Shown piece after piece: positions 44,985 through 59,927 of a stretch of DNA of 64,000 bases. How positions within the stretch are numbered: the stretch's first letter is position 1; each line of letters starts with the position of its first letter. This DNA comes from Chrysomallon squamiferum. Taxonomy: Eukaryota > Animalia > Mollusca. The position numbers and the translations under genes were made by a program. Location: assembly GCA_012295275.1 (NCBI GenBank), contig CM022673.1:12214001-12278000 (forward strand), written 5' to 3'. The notes below the pieces were generated by a model. The model was given only the letters and a program-made list of their open reading frames with translations. It ran no database searches and was not told the origin of the DNA.

Positions 44985-46119
44985 TGATTATAATGATGAT
45001 GATGGTGATAATGATAAATAAATCAATAAATAAAAAAATAAAAATTAAAGGGAGTCGCTCTAGGCTTGCGGACCTCACTGAATTCGGTTTTAAAAACGGA
45101 GCCTTTACCGTTCTCCATAACTTCGCACCTCTTCGGTATCTGAACGTAGCCTTGCTCCTGTTACAAGATAAAACCTAAGTTACACCCATTTCTCTACTGC
45201 TGAAATCGCAAAGGAATAAATATCGCAGAAGCAGCTGCTCGTACTTAATCAGCCCGGAGCCTGTGAGACGATTTCAGTTTCAAACAGAAAAGTAAAATCA
45301 CTTAACTCAGGTACTTGTTGCGAAGAAAGAGAGAGTAAACTTGTGTAAGCTGTTATCAGTAAACAAATATAAATACACGTCAAGGTGCTCCACAGGCTAC
45401 GGGCGGAACCGTATTGTGTGTGTGTGTGTGTGCATTCATATATACATACACATATAACGTACACATGTACATTTATATATACATACATATAACGTACACA
45501 TGTACATTTATATATACATACACATAGTAAATATGTGGGTGTGTGCATATATTATACATTGTGTGCATACATATATACATACACACATAACGTACACATA
45601 TATTTATATATGCATACACACAGTAAATATGTGTGTGTGTGTGTGTGTGCGTGCGCGTATATATGTAGGTGTGTTTGTGAATTTGTACGATTCTTGTAGA
45701 TTAACGCAACATATACATCCCAAACAGATACTCAAACACCTAGCAAAGGCAGATATATGTTTAAATACATGTGTAATCAGTTTTGAAAGACAGAGTTACA
45801 ATGTACGGAGATGACTTTATGCTGACACAGTGGAATCAAAATACACACTGCATGTTGTTCACTTGTGTTTAGATTAGACGTACAAGAAACCACATTTCTG
45901 CACTGGTTCTATCAGAGAAAACACGACTGGCTTGTCGCTCAAAACATCCATTTATCTCTGTCTGTGTCTCTCTGGGCATGCACATCTTCACGCTGTTCTA
46001 TTTGTATCTCTATCTTGGTTTGAATATTTAAGAATAATAACATTTGTACGTGTGTTTTATTATGTCTTGTATGTGTGTATATTTAATTGCCTGATTCGTG
46101 CTCGTCTCGTCGATTCATC

Positions 46120-46284
<165 letters not shown>

Positions 46285-46356
46285 TATTCTTTACTGGGGT
46301 TTTTTGTTGTTTCTTTTCAAATAATTTTCCAATAGAATTTATGGTATTAAAAAGAC

Positions 46357-46417
<61 letters not shown>

Positions 46418-48187
46418 TCAATGTCGATACTGTTACTACTACTACCACTGCTTCTAGTAGTGGTAGTAGTAGTAGTAATTAAAAAACAATAAAACGCTGA
46501 AATGAACTAACATTAACTTTATTAACACAACAGGGAATAAATTAAATTTCAACACAAATCAACAGCTAGCGATATGTCAACAAGATAACGACATATAAAC
46601 AGACAAATAATAATTATACTCGAAACTTTCTTAACAGCCAACTATCAAAGGCCACTTAATGTACCCGCTTCTTGTTCAAAAACATCTTAAAATTACCTTT
46701 CTGTATAAAGAAAAAGAAAAAAAGCCTTGTAATGTGGATTCTATGAATTTTATTTTAAACAGAACTTATTCATGTTTACAGAGGCGAAAATGTTGATAAC
46801 GTCTTTGTTTTGGGTACAGAAACAATAATTAATATAATATTAATATAATCTAAATGAGAAAAACAATGTAACAGTAAATTTGATTTGATAATGTAAAATG
46901 TCTTTATCTCGTTATTACAACAAATTTTACAACTTTTTTGTTGTCATTAGAATGCAATCTTCGGTTTTAATTGCTAGTGTTTGAAGTTTCATCTGGTATT
47001 TTTAATTAACCAGTTGATGTTGTTGTTGATGCTACTACACCTGTTACCGTTGCTGTTGTATTTTTTTTTTTTTTTTGTTAGTTTGTTTTCTTTTTTCTTT
47101 TTTGTTGCTGTTGTTTTAAATTACGGTTGTTTCTATTATTATTCTTGGTAATGGAATTTATTGTTGTCATTATCATCTTCATCGTATTATCGTTAAATGA
47201 TATCACTCTCATAATGATCATAAATATCATTTTAATCAATACCATTGTTTCAAAATACATTGTTCAGACCATGAAACATTCGAAAATCACACAAAAAAAA
47301 GAATTCCTAAATTTTCTACCGTGACGTAATAGCGAGTCTCCATTGTTAACATAATTCATCGTTGCTATAGGAACCCGTTTAAATGAAAAGAGACTGTTGT
47401 AACTATAAAATATTAAAAGAAATAAAGTCATTAAAAACATCATTTATAGGACATAGCATATTATCAAATCATACGTTACAATATTTAAGAAAATGTAGAT
47501 TAAAAGAAAAAATAAATAAATAAACGAAAAAAGGAAAGAAAGATAGAAAATAAATAAAAACAACAATCATTTACTCATATTTGTATCCGTCTAAGGAACA
47601 ATTGAGAATCACTGCTACATTCAGTAACATTAACGATTCTTTTATACCAGTTATTATTATTATTATTAATAGATGATTATATATGAACAGATAACACATA
47701 TGTTCAAGACAAAAACACAGTCAAATACAAAATAGCCGTATACGACGAATAACAAAGGAATCAATGAACAAGATAAATAAAAATTAGCCGATATCGGAAT
47801 AAATTTCATCTCCACATTTACACTATCAGCTTTTACATCACTTCCGGCGTCTTGCCGACACCAAAAATAGCCACATGCTGTTTTGTATTTGTGCATGAGC
47901 TTATAAAAAAACTGCCATTATCTTTTAACAAGATGCTTAAGAACCCGAAATAACCACGTTGGCAGCTGCCAAGATTAAAATTGAAAATAACTTCTAGGAT
48001 CTCTGTATTATAAATAGCTATATAAGAACGTAATGAGTGAGTGAAACTGCCAGTATTTTGAAAATGTTTAAATCTTCATTTTCGTTTACTTTTGAAAATT
48101 AACCTCGAGAAGAGATTAGGATTTAAAACCGTTCTTGAAGTTCATTTCCACTACTAATATGTTTTCATCATTTCTTTCTTGTCTTCA

Positions 48188-48219
<32 letters not shown>

Positions 48220-49445
48220 CTCCTGCTTAAATTAATTGATTTTTCTTGGCAACTGCAACTACCTGCAGTAACTTCAACTTTGCCTACGAATAATAAATTG
48301 ATAAAGTTAAGCGTGAAGAAAAAAAACAGGAACATAAAAGGAAACTCGAAGATCACAAGGAAAAAACATTTAGAACTAACAGTCGTTTTCCTGTGATGAA
48401 AGAATTTCAGATGTGTGTACATACTTGTATACTGTGTGTATGTGTGTGTGCATGTACTAATAGCTGCAAGCATGCATGTGTGTATTAATGTATGTATTAT
48501 ATATGTATTAATGTGTGTGTGTGTATGTATGTGTATACTGTATGTATGTATGTTATGAATGTCTGTATGTATGAATGCATATTTCTGTTATTTTCCTACT
48601 GTAAGAAGCACACGGACACACGCTTGTTATTGCGCAAGGATGTACACACGGAAACTTCCGGGATCAGGTGTTTCGCAGATACGAAGGTAACAACGGGAGA
48701 GTCGCATCCTCGCTGCATGCCAGCTATACAGTGATACAAGAACAACATTCTCTGAGAACGTCTCCAAAACAAACACAGACTCAGCTGGTAGCTAACGTTA
48801 TTCTCCGCAACGTGGCTCGTACAGACGTGGTGTGTTAACAAGGCTAGAGTTAAAAATATCAAGATAATTTCATTTACACAAAAAATGCATTCACAATAAG
48901 AAATTGTGGAAGGGAAAGTGATACATCGCAGGGCGCACAAGTAACATTTCTGTATCTTCAAGCATTCGTAAATGTGAAATATCCATTTTAATGTTTTTGT
49001 TTCAAAGATCATTTCCAGAACATTCTTTAATAAGAAGCACATAATCTGTAATCTCAGCCATTACGCATGTTGAAAAGCCAGTCACAAGAGATATTTTATA
49101 CATTAAAATACTTTTCCAGATGAAAGCAAATATCCTAATTACAAAAAATATAACGAACGTTATGTTACTGCAATCTGATGAACTATCCACTATATCTTTG
49201 ATTTTATTACCATCCCAGTTTTCAGAGGTTTTTTTATCATTTCTGGTCAAACGTATTTGTGTCATTTTGCCTTATGACGCAGCTGTTAAATAACATTTAA
49301 AAATACAGTTAAACAAAATCCCACCAAAAACGTGCTTCATCTTTTGGCGCACAATATAATACTCCCGTTACGAAATTAGCATCCATGGCGAAAACCAGGT
49401 TTTCTTTCCTACAACAAATTAATAAAAAAAAATAAAATAAACAGT

Positions 49446-50414
49446 CTACTTCCGGTGTACGCTGATCGTCACGACTGGACGATTGTTACCATCAGTGATT
49501 GTGACAGAAGAGTCTTTGGTGACCGAGACTTTCCGGATGTTTTGACTTTGTGTTACCGTGTAACTTTTCTTTCTTTCTACGGGCGGCTTTATGGGCGCCT
49601 CGATTGTTAATTTCTTGTCTTCTCCAATGTAAGCTGTGATACTTCCCGGATCGACACTGTCGGGCAAGTCGTATTCTTTATTAAACTCCTTATGAAGCGT
49701 TCTGTTGGCCATTTTTTCTTCATGTTCGGCGTGCACGATCAGTTTTTTCTCCATTGTCTTGACGACTATTTCTTCCGGATTAAATTCCCCGACGTCAACT
49801 TGGAGTTGCAGTTTTTTACTACCATCGGGGAGGGTTATTATGGGGTTTTTCACTGCTGTGGCAACTCCTAAAGGCTTCGACCCCAAATCTGTTGATTTTA
49901 TTGGAAGAAATATTTCTTTACCCATCATATTTTCTGTCACTGGTCCCTCGATTGTTAGAATTCCGTCCTTGCTGAGAAGACATTGAAGTTTTTCAGCGTC
50001 TACGTTACTCGGTATATCAACCTGACGGCTGTATTCTCTACACACCGTGTAATTATCATTTTTCTCCTCATGCTTTCCGTTCACCATAATTTTGCTCTCC
50101 TGAACTTTGACCTGTATTTCGTCAGGCTTGAACTCGCTGACTTCAAACCTGACCTTGAACCTCGGTCGACCTTCACTGTCGGTCTCGAAGACGGAATTCA
50201 CATTTTGTATCTTGCTCGGACTCGGCTGTGACATTTTCTCCGTTGGTTTGAGAGTGAAAAAGTCCTGTCGCATTCTCTCGAATTCCTGCTCCCACGCTTT
50301 GCGTCGCTGTTCCATTTTGGATTCCATGTCTCCCCAAAGCTTCAGCTGCCGATCCTGAAAGCTCATCTCATCTCGCTGGATTGGAATATGAAGTTCAGAG
50401 CGAAACCGGGCCAT
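49446..50414 (-). CDS. Small heat-shock protein (HSP20 family) with two alpha-crystallin domains, major-egg-antigen p40-like, 322 aa, single coding exon
   Basis: ACD1 FKVRFEVSEFKPDEIQVKV...GKHEEK...REYSRQVDIP..VD...LSKDGILTIEGP; ACD2 LQVDVGEFNPEEIVVK...AEHEEK...KEFNKEYDLP..VD...LTIEAP. Kozak context CCACCATGG. Acceptor TCTTTCCAG at 50442 implies an upstream 5'UTR exon. Confidence 0.95.
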   Translation of the reverse strand: MARFRSELHIPIQRDEMSFQDRQLKLWGDMESKMEQRRKAWEQEFERMRQDFFTLKPTEKMSQPSPSKIQNVNSVFETDSEGRPRFKVRFEVSEFKPDEIQVKVQESKIMVNGKHEEKNDNYTVCREYSRQVDIPSNVDAEKLQCLLSKDGILTIEGPVTENMMGKEIFLPIKSTDLGSKPLGVATAVKNPIITLPDGSKKLQLQVDVGEFNPEEIVVKTMEKKLIVHAEHEEKMANRTLHKEFNKEYDLPDSVDPGSITAYIGEDKKLTIEAPIKPPVERKKSYTVTQSQNIRKVSVTKDSSVTITDGNNRPVVTISVHRK

Positions 50415-50603
50415 GGTGGATTCGGTCTTATCAACAGATCCCTGGAAAGAAACAAAAAATATTATGATTACTAAGACATCTAATAATATATAGTAAATAA
50501 GTAAATATAAAAGAAACCAAATATACTGAACTGAAAATAAAGAAACAACAGTTAGAATACTGACAGTATAACAAAAATATTAAATATCAAATTATATTTA
50601 TGG

Positions 50604-50712
<109 letters not shown>

Positions 50713-51777
50713 GTATTACACAGTCTCTGTATTTGTCTATGTCTATATCTGTATCTCTCCATACTTCCCTCTCTCTTGTTTGAAATATATTTACTTAACA
50801 ATACACTTACTGTGCTTGAATACGTAAACGATTTCCTTATTACTGCTATCGTTAACACAAGGATCCAATCTTAATAGGTTAATAGATTTTGATTTTTTAT
50901 ACCGAGAGCTGCTACTCTTTTAGATCTCGTTTATGCTCATTAGATAACGACATAGCGGATTAATGTTCCGTGGTTTATTCATAAATGATTATCTGCACAT
51001 TTTCTGAAATAAATTGACTTGCCTATTAGTAATATACATCAGTGTCTCAAGATAATTTTCACAGAATTACTCTCTTCATTTTGTTTCCTATCTGACCGTT
51101 TTAATTTGTCTGGACAAATCTGATAGAGAAAAATAAGTCTAATCTTTATTTTTCTAATAAGATGTACATTAACGGCCATTCGCAGTCTTTTCAAAACAAA
51201 CAAGAATTTCTTACGCGTTTTTGTCGTTATCTCTGTAATTGTTTGGGTTAATATTATGCACATGGCTCCATGTTATTGCTTCAGTGGGGTTTGGAATCTG
51301 AAATTCTGATTCTTTTATCTGGATACCCACTTGATGAACCGTTGAGCATTAAACCGAAAATCCATACACCACGGAGACGTAATGTATTCGGATACATTAA
51401 TGGCGCGTCGTGGTGCGAAGTGGAGGCTGTTGCCTAGCGTGAAGGCGAGATTACGCGAAGTTTCGTGCGTAATTCTAAGATGTTCTTTGCTTTTACAGGT
51501 TCTTTGAGGCTTGTTTCGTTATCTTTCCGGACCGCATGAACATAAAGATACGGAGTTAACAGGTTATCACTGCTCCTTGGTTTCAGTTTCGTTTGTTCCA
51601 TTTTTTTTAATCTAATATTTTATAAATGTATTACACCAATCCATCCATCCGTCCATCCATATATTTTTATGTACTAGTACATATATATCTCTCTCTTTTT
51701 CTCTGTATATGTGTGTATGAGTGTGTATATACGTGAGTAATATTTATATATATATATATAGTTTGTTTAGATATGAT

Positions 51778-51808
<31 letters not shown>

Positions 51809-53330
51809 GTGTATGACATAAACAGATTGATGGGTAGATAGATATATAGATATGCTCGTGTGTGTGTGTATGTGTATTGTACATATTCACACACAAATAC
51901 ATACGGAGGCATGCACTCACACCCAAACACACAAAGTTATTTTCCCATCTTTCCCTCAGTGCATTTAATTCCGGCATACTCCACGTCGTACGTTTAATTG
52001 CTTTGACTTTACAACTCTACGACTTCTCGAGTTTCTACCGTTTTAGTCGTGCACTGCAGATTAAAATAACAATCTGCAACAGAACACAAAACACATGTGC
52101 ACCATACGCTTTTCTAATAACATCACAGCCGTCGATGCTAAAATTACATTCATAATCAAATAACGTACGTACCAGATAGAATCACGTACAGCTTGACCCA
52201 TGGTTATATATACACACACACATTCAAGGACACTGCGCAGAACCGGAAATGAAAGCTCGCCAAGGGACAATAGTATGTTTTTCTACCAGTCAACACATTT
52301 TGTATAAGTAACTCTTAGTTTTTTCTTCTTCTTTGCTTTTTATTATTTTTCTTTTTATATATATTAACACAAAAACATTTAAAATATAACAGTTAATATG
52401 TGTTCTCCGTGGTTATAAAACGTTTTTAATCCACACGAAAAAGACGAAATATATTTTTAAGGGCCTCGTACAAACTACGAGTGTGATAGCAACTTCAGTT
52501 CTCAAGCTTATTCTCTGTCAACAGTTATTAGAAAGAGCCTTTTCAACATCCAAAAGAAGATCAGGATTTCGACGTTTCTGGATCTGAACAATATTTGTGT
52601 TCTGTATCAATATCATCCATTGGGAATCGTTGTTGAAAATTTATATACAACAAGTCCAATACCCGAAAAACGCACTCTCTCTCTCTCGTCTGTTATTCCA
52701 GAATTTTAATCCCACAGAAAGTGAAATAAGGAATGTAATATCCCAGTGTCTCGCCCCACAATGGAAATGTGATAAATGAGAAACGTCGTCGTTATAGGGT
52801 GATGCTCTAACGTGGGTGATGGATGCACATACAAATATTTACAGCTAATCGATTGTGGATTCTCATCAGTGAGTACATGTGCTGAATTATTTATGGATCA
52901 GTTTCTTTTTGTGCGGAATTTGCTTCAGCAGACTTGGGGTTATTCCGGGGAAATGGATTCTTTAACACTTCGTTTCTAATCTAGCGCGAAATTTCTGACA
53001 AATCTGTCCATTTGTTAAATGCAGCGTGCTCGCAGTAAAATGCCTCTGGAATATATATGTGTGCATCTGCGATGCTCAGAGTCGCATTCAGACAGTCTAA
53101 AAAATACATAAAAATTTACAGGGGCCGAGTACGTCTGCCATACATCTTTGTTTCATTTTACAGAGCATCTTAGCTCGAAATGCCCATCATGCCAAAATCC
53201 ATCCCTTGTTGAGTCATTTTTAATCAGTTTTGTGTGCTGTAGTCATGTCATGTTATTACTGCTGTGAATTAGTTTTAATATTTTAGAGAAGAAGCACGTT
53301 TGTGCAAATTGATGAAATGATAAACAGAAG

Positions 53331-53549
53331 AATGGTCAAGTATTCCTGTACGTGACTATGTTTCTTGATAGATGAAGTACAATACTTGTGTTTGACATTT
53401 ACTGAAAAAAGGACGCTTCTTTGAACTAAATTATATACTTTAACAAGCCAAAATCACGAAAAGAATAATAAAAAGTATACACTACATACATATATAGCCA
53501 CTCACATATATTTACAAAATAAAATTTCTGTGTTTAACAATATCTTGCA

Positions 53550-53594
<45 letters not shown>

Positions 53595-53798
53595 TTTTGC
53601 TAAAAAATGCAGGATATCGTTAAACATGGAAATTTTATTTTGTGTACTATTTATTTTTCATATTCGTTTAAAGTTAAAGTTGTTAAAGTTATAATTCGGA
53701 TCAAACAGAGGGATCCTTTTTTTTCAGAAAATGCATATATTATTTGTAATGTGAAATAAAAGCAATTCACTGTAATATACAAGGGAACTTGATCATTT
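53331..53798. mobile_element. Foldback/MITE-like element: long imperfect inverted repeat around a (CA)n core
   Basis: Inner arms 53515-53549 and 53608-53643 are about 32/36 complementary. Similarity continues outward (CTGAAAAAAGGA / TCCTTTTTTTTCAG; AATGGTCAAGT / ACTTGATCATT). Confidence 0.65.
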
Positions 53799-54476
53799 TG
53801 AAAAGATAAATAGAAAATTTGGTCAGGGTATCACATGTACAAGTCAATATTTGCCATTGTAAACCCAACGAAAACATCACAAACTGGAAATTGTTCTGAA
53901 CTGTTTCATTAACCTGAGGTTTCTGTTACCACAGCCATTGACTTAAAACAGCAGATTGCCCAGACTTTGTCAGAGAAATCAATTAACCTCTTACACCCAC
54001 GCAGACACTGCAGAGTCACAGAAGCGGCCTGGAGCCTAGAGGTCAGACGATCAATGCTTATTGGTGTGTCAGTTTCCTTTTGTCAGTTCTATTCGGCATA
54101 CAGGTGTGTGCGTGTGTATGTGTGCGTATGTGTATCAGAGAGATAAAGTCACACACAGACAGTGAAAGACAGAAAGACATACACACACACAGATATATAT
54201 ATATATATATATATGATGGAAATGCTAAATAAAATATTTATCAATAACTTGACAGTGTGATTGGTTTATTATGAGAATAGCTGGACGGAGTCTGAAAGAA
54301 TTTCTAAATAATAATTTTATATTTCACGTATTCGTGTCAGCTCGACCTAACCTGTCACTCCTAATCAATGAGATCGATTTTGACATAAAGAAACAGACAC
54401 GCACATAATCTGAGTCAGCCAGTCAATCTGTCTCACTCTCAGACACAGACACACACACATACGTAAGAACTCATAC

Positions 54477-54521
<45 letters not shown>

Positions 54522-54915
54522 TACACACTAACTTAAAAACATATACACAGTTAAAAAGCACACACACATTACATACACAAACTCATACATACATATAATA
54601 ATACTAAAATACATACATATAAAAACCCATGTCGACATTAACACATGACTTTTCAAACATCTATCACGTAAAAATAGAGTAAGTTAAGCAATGAGTCAGT
54701 ATTAAAACTTATGGGAGTTCGCTTCTGGAAGGGGCATAATGCCCTAGACTAGCAAATTTCACACACAATCGGCACACAGCGAACTTTCATCGAGAGTGTA
54801 AAATATAGCGTATGTCTATAGTTCACCGGCCATATCGTTTTACCATTGTTAGTGAAACGACTGAAATTTCTGTTAGTACGCTGTCGGTTGCAGTCGTTCG
54901 TAACATGTACCTGTA

Positions 54916-54958
<43 letters not shown>

Positions 54959-55432
54959 ATCTGCGTACTATTTGCTATGATTATATGACACTATGCATAC
55001 CACTTCCCACTTACCTTAAAGCTGACTCATTTAATTGCCCTATTTTTCAGAATGTGTCACTTTCAGACAATGAGTGAAAAAGAAGAGAAACACAGTGACC
55101 TGTATTTGTCTGGAGTATTTATATACGTTTATAAGTGGGTATTTTATGTATGTGACAGACATAGTTTTATATATACATGCATGCATAGCTCACATACCAT
55201 AACACACATATTTAAAAACAAACACATCCACAATATAAGCATACATATACATACATACATACATTATATATATAGGCTATATGTATTTATATGCATATAT
55301 TCATACACACACACACACACACACACATATATACAAATATATACTTATTTGCACACCAGCACACGTTTTTATAAGTAAATACTTACATACGTTTGACAAA
55401 CATTGGTTTACACATGCCTTTACACAAATACA

Positions 55433-55464
<32 letters not shown>

Positions 55465-55575
55465 TCACGTGCACAAACATATTCCAGTGCATACATACAT
55501 ACATAATACACATGTAAAATGATTCGCATGTTTGTGTATTTTCCATAAACATACCTACGAATACACCACATAACA

Positions 55576-55618
<43 letters not shown>

Positions 55619-56894
55619 TCGTTTATGTCAGCTCGCCACTTACCTCAGAACATACGCACTCCTGTATCGTGTTTTCGAGGAATTGAGACACACAATGCAA
55701 AGAACCACAGTAACACACTGTGCTTGTACTCGCTGGTTATCCCAGCAGATAAAAGTTTACACAACCTTCACTGTCGAATCCCACAACATACCGAGATGGT
55801 TTCGGGCGTGGTTCTGCAGAAAGGTCACCGTTATAATGCTCAGAATGGAGCAGGCAGATCATTGTGTGCTTTGATTGTTTTACTTGTCTGTCACTGTTTA
55901 AGTTAACAACAACATGCTAATGTTTTCTTGTACTCAGCTGATAACCGAATCTGGACTGTCAATGATATGAGGAAATGGTTTGTACTGATAACGTCTTAGG
56001 TGGAAATAATATGGAAGATTCCAAAAATTAGTTGTCTCTAAGTTTATGTGTACGCAAATATGTACATAAATGCATTCATCTGTCTATGCAGTATATGCCG
56101 GTATGTAAGTATAATATAAAAATATATATGGAAGTATGTTTGTGTATGTATGTGTGCGCATATGTATGTATGTATTTGTAAATGAGCAAATGTTTGTGTG
56201 TGTGTGTGTGTGTGTGTGTTTGTATGTATGTATCTATGTGTATATACACACATTTGACTTTATAATAATATCAAAAAACAGACAGACAGGAAAACACACA
56301 TCACGGCCTTTCTTTTATCAGTTATATCTGTTAGGACAAAACATCGCACGACGAGGCTTCGATCCTGCTTCCTGTTATACCTTATACAAACACACAACCA
56401 TTTTGTTCATCCATAAAAATAAACATTTAAAAAAAAACACAAAAAAAAACATTCTGACACTCAATCGGTTAGTAGTTCCTTCGCATTCTTCGTTCTTATA
56501 ATGCATCGAATACTGATTGGATCTGCTTGTGAACGTATTACAATGGACTCAGATTTATGGCCAAAATCTGGCAACGGTCCAACAGAGAGAAAATGAAGAC
56601 TGCGGAACCCAAGGTCAGTAGTGTCTTCGTCCACCATTACTGTGAAATATTGATGTCTGGCATTCGCGTTTCGTTCACCAGAGGGGAATAATCATTATAT
56701 ATGAACTACAGATTATTATTTGTATGATAACTGTTGTGTACAGTGACACTTGTATACAGGGTATATAGCAAAAGTAATAAAAGGTTTATGAAGTAAGATA
56801 TAACACTCGCGAGTTAGCGGGATTGTATTTTAGAACCGGTTTTAATCAAAGATAAATGGTGAATGATTATAATCCTTAGCTTCTTTAATAAATT

Positions 56895-57255
56895 CTCTAA
56901 CACACTAACACATAGTCTCTAAAACACTAACATATTCTCTAACACACTAACATATAGTCTCTAAAACACTAACATATTCTCTAACACACTAACATATAGT
57001 CTCTAAAACACTAACATATTCTCTAACACACTAACATATATTCTTTAGCACACTAACATATATTCTTTAGCACACTAACATATATTCTTTAACACACTAA
57101 CATATATTCTTTAATATGCTAACATTCTCTAAGACGCTAACATATTCTCTAACACACTAACACATATTCTCTAACACACTAATACATATTCTCTAACACA
57201 CTAACATACATTCTCTAACACACTAACATATATTCTCTAACATACTAACACAAAT
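56895..57255 (+). repeat. Minisatellite, ~19-21 bp unit (TCTCTAACACACTAACATAT), ~17 copies
   Basis: Directly visible tandem array. Confidence 0.92.
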
Positions 57256-57577
57256 AGAAGATACAGTTTTAATACACGCAGATATGCTTCAAACTCCAGA
57301 GCAATAAAACATTGACTTTCAGTAAGATTCTATTCTGATCATGCTTAGATAAAAGGTTATGTGACAAGTAATAGGGTCAAGACATTTTAAGGGAATAATT
57401 AAATTAACCGAACAGTGAAGTGTTTCTCGTTAATGCGAAATGAACATGATGTATGCTATTTGTGTTCGTGTCTGCGCATTAGTAAGATACATTTAAAAAA
57501 AAAATTACGAGTAGTCTGTATAATATTTCAGTTAGATAATGATGTACAAGTCATTTATGATCATAAAACTGAACATT

Positions 57578-57670
<93 letters not shown>

Positions 57671-58454
57671 TACAGACAGACAGACAGACACAGACAGACA
57701 CTCAGAGAGAGATAGAGAAAGGTTTGGAGGGACAAATACGATTAAACAACAAGAAACATCAGAAAGGAAATTATTCTAATTAAATGGTTTATCCTGCCTA
57801 CACGAGTTTTCCAAGGTTTCTGCATAATGAAGATAAATAAGTCTCATAAATAGTTACAGAAATCAGACTGTAAATTACCCATAGCAGATAACGTAAATAA
57901 TAAACCCCAGAGGTTTATTAAATTATCTTAAAATACCAGCCTCCAAGATATAAGTGTTATATGGACACAAGTTTAGAATCTACCGAGAACTGAACAATAA
58001 ACAACAACAAACACACAGTTAAAAACAAAGCAAAAAGCAGAAATAACAACAACAACAACAACAACAACAACAATAAGAACAGTAGCAATAATAATAACAA
58101 CAACACCAATAATAATAAAGACAAAAACAATACTAACAACAGTACCTGTAATAACAACAAACATTAATTATAATGAACACAACAAAAACAACAAAACAGC
58201 AATAGCAACAATAAACAAAGAAACCTGTTCTATATCTACAATATAAAACATCTGCACACAAATTTATCTAGCATCGGAGAAACAGAACTCACCGGAGACC
58301 AGAGGAATACGTCACATATGTTGTTTTGAAAAACGCATCGGAAATTATCGATACCTGGAGTATGCGTAGTGGTGGTTTACTTACAAACACATTTGATATC
58401 GAGTGTACACACATACATACATACCGGTGCATGCTCATTCCGTTCCGCTGCTGG

Positions 58455-58517
58455 GGAATGTTCTGCAAGTGTTCTTGGCCGTACTCCACGCGTTGTTCAC
58501 GATGGAACGTTCCAGAC
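58455..58517. promoter_or_regulatory. Candidate heat-shock elements upstream of the sHSP gene
   Basis: GGAATGTTCTGCAA (58455-58468) and GGAACGTTCCAGAC (58504-58517) fit nGAAnnTTCn(nGAAn). A minus-strand donor CCG|GTGAGT lies at 58293. Confidence 0.4.
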
Positions 58518-59789
58518 GGTGTGTGTGTCTGTTACTACGTATGACATCAGTGACAGAAGAGCATCTCCTAAACGACTAACACTGCATTACGTTCTGACAT
58601 TTTACGATATTCCAAAAACGCAGTAGCGGCGGCTAACCGGGTTTCTTGTGTGCTTCGACTCTGTTAATAAAACGTTTAAGTTTTTTTTTTTGTGGAAAGC
58701 AGCATCAGAGTTTATTGACGATTAATTCAAAGACCTAACGATGATAATGATACGAAATGATGATAATGATGATGGTAATAAGGCTGATAATGAGGATAAT
58801 AAGGATATTGTTCACATGCAGGGCGGCCACACTAACTTTCTGTTATCAGAAACATCGTTAATAACATCGATTTGTGATCTAATTAGAAAAATAAAAACGG
58901 TTTAGTCATTTCGACAGTGCTAAAATGAAGGTCTTTTGTATTGTGTATGCAAGACGTTTGATAATCTCATATGAAAAGAATCACACACACAATCACACAC
59001 ACACACACACAGACAGACAGACACAGATACACACACACTCAAAAATCTGACATGGCAGAAATTACTGGCATACAACAAACATCCTCCAGACATATTATTT
59101 AAACAGCCAGAACAGTTTGACAAAAACATGAATAAATAGAATACATAACATCATCTCTGTTCATGGTTACATCGATTATTAGGTGTAATATTAAATATAT
59201 TTACAGTTTTAATTAATACACAAAATGACAAATTTCACAAATCCTGAAAGCAAATCGGATCACTACTTTATCTGTTATAACAAGCACAACCAAACGACAA
59301 GGAAAAAAAAAAAACATTTACAGAACGAAAGCAGGAATGTTGTTCTAAATATACGAAACACTGGCAGATTGGGACGCGTTGGCAAAATAACTGCATTAGC
59401 CAGTAACAAACAAACAAAAACATACTTCAGCATGCCATTTGTAATTTTGGTTAAAAAAGATGAATTATCTTCCTCGCTGTTTTTGAATATTTTGTTTTAT
59501 CTGCCAATTACTGACGTGTTTAGACTTGTACAATCAAGTAGATAAAAAATATTTACGCCATTCGTGAATGATGATAGATTTATAATGTTTAGTTTTAGAT
59601 AACAGATAGAGCTCAAGAACCCGGATAATCAAAAGTTTTGCTGTTCGCTTTCCTGTCGATAGAAAAAAAGAGAGGCTAAAAAAAATTCTTAAAAAAAGAA
59701 AAAGAAAGAAAAAAAAAAAAAAAGGAATAATAAAATCATCAAGACAAAATATTAAAAAAATAATAATAACAATAATGAATAATGAATAA

Positions 59790-59927
<138 letters not shown>

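Noticed and set aside
45050-45415. Complex, GC-richer block between IDO and sHSP
   Set aside because: No recognisable protein motif, RNA structure or terminal repeats on either strand; left unannotated.
49705-50358. Three + strand ORFs overlapping the sHSP
   Set aside because: Antisense shadows of the real minus-strand CDS with no recognisable motifs.
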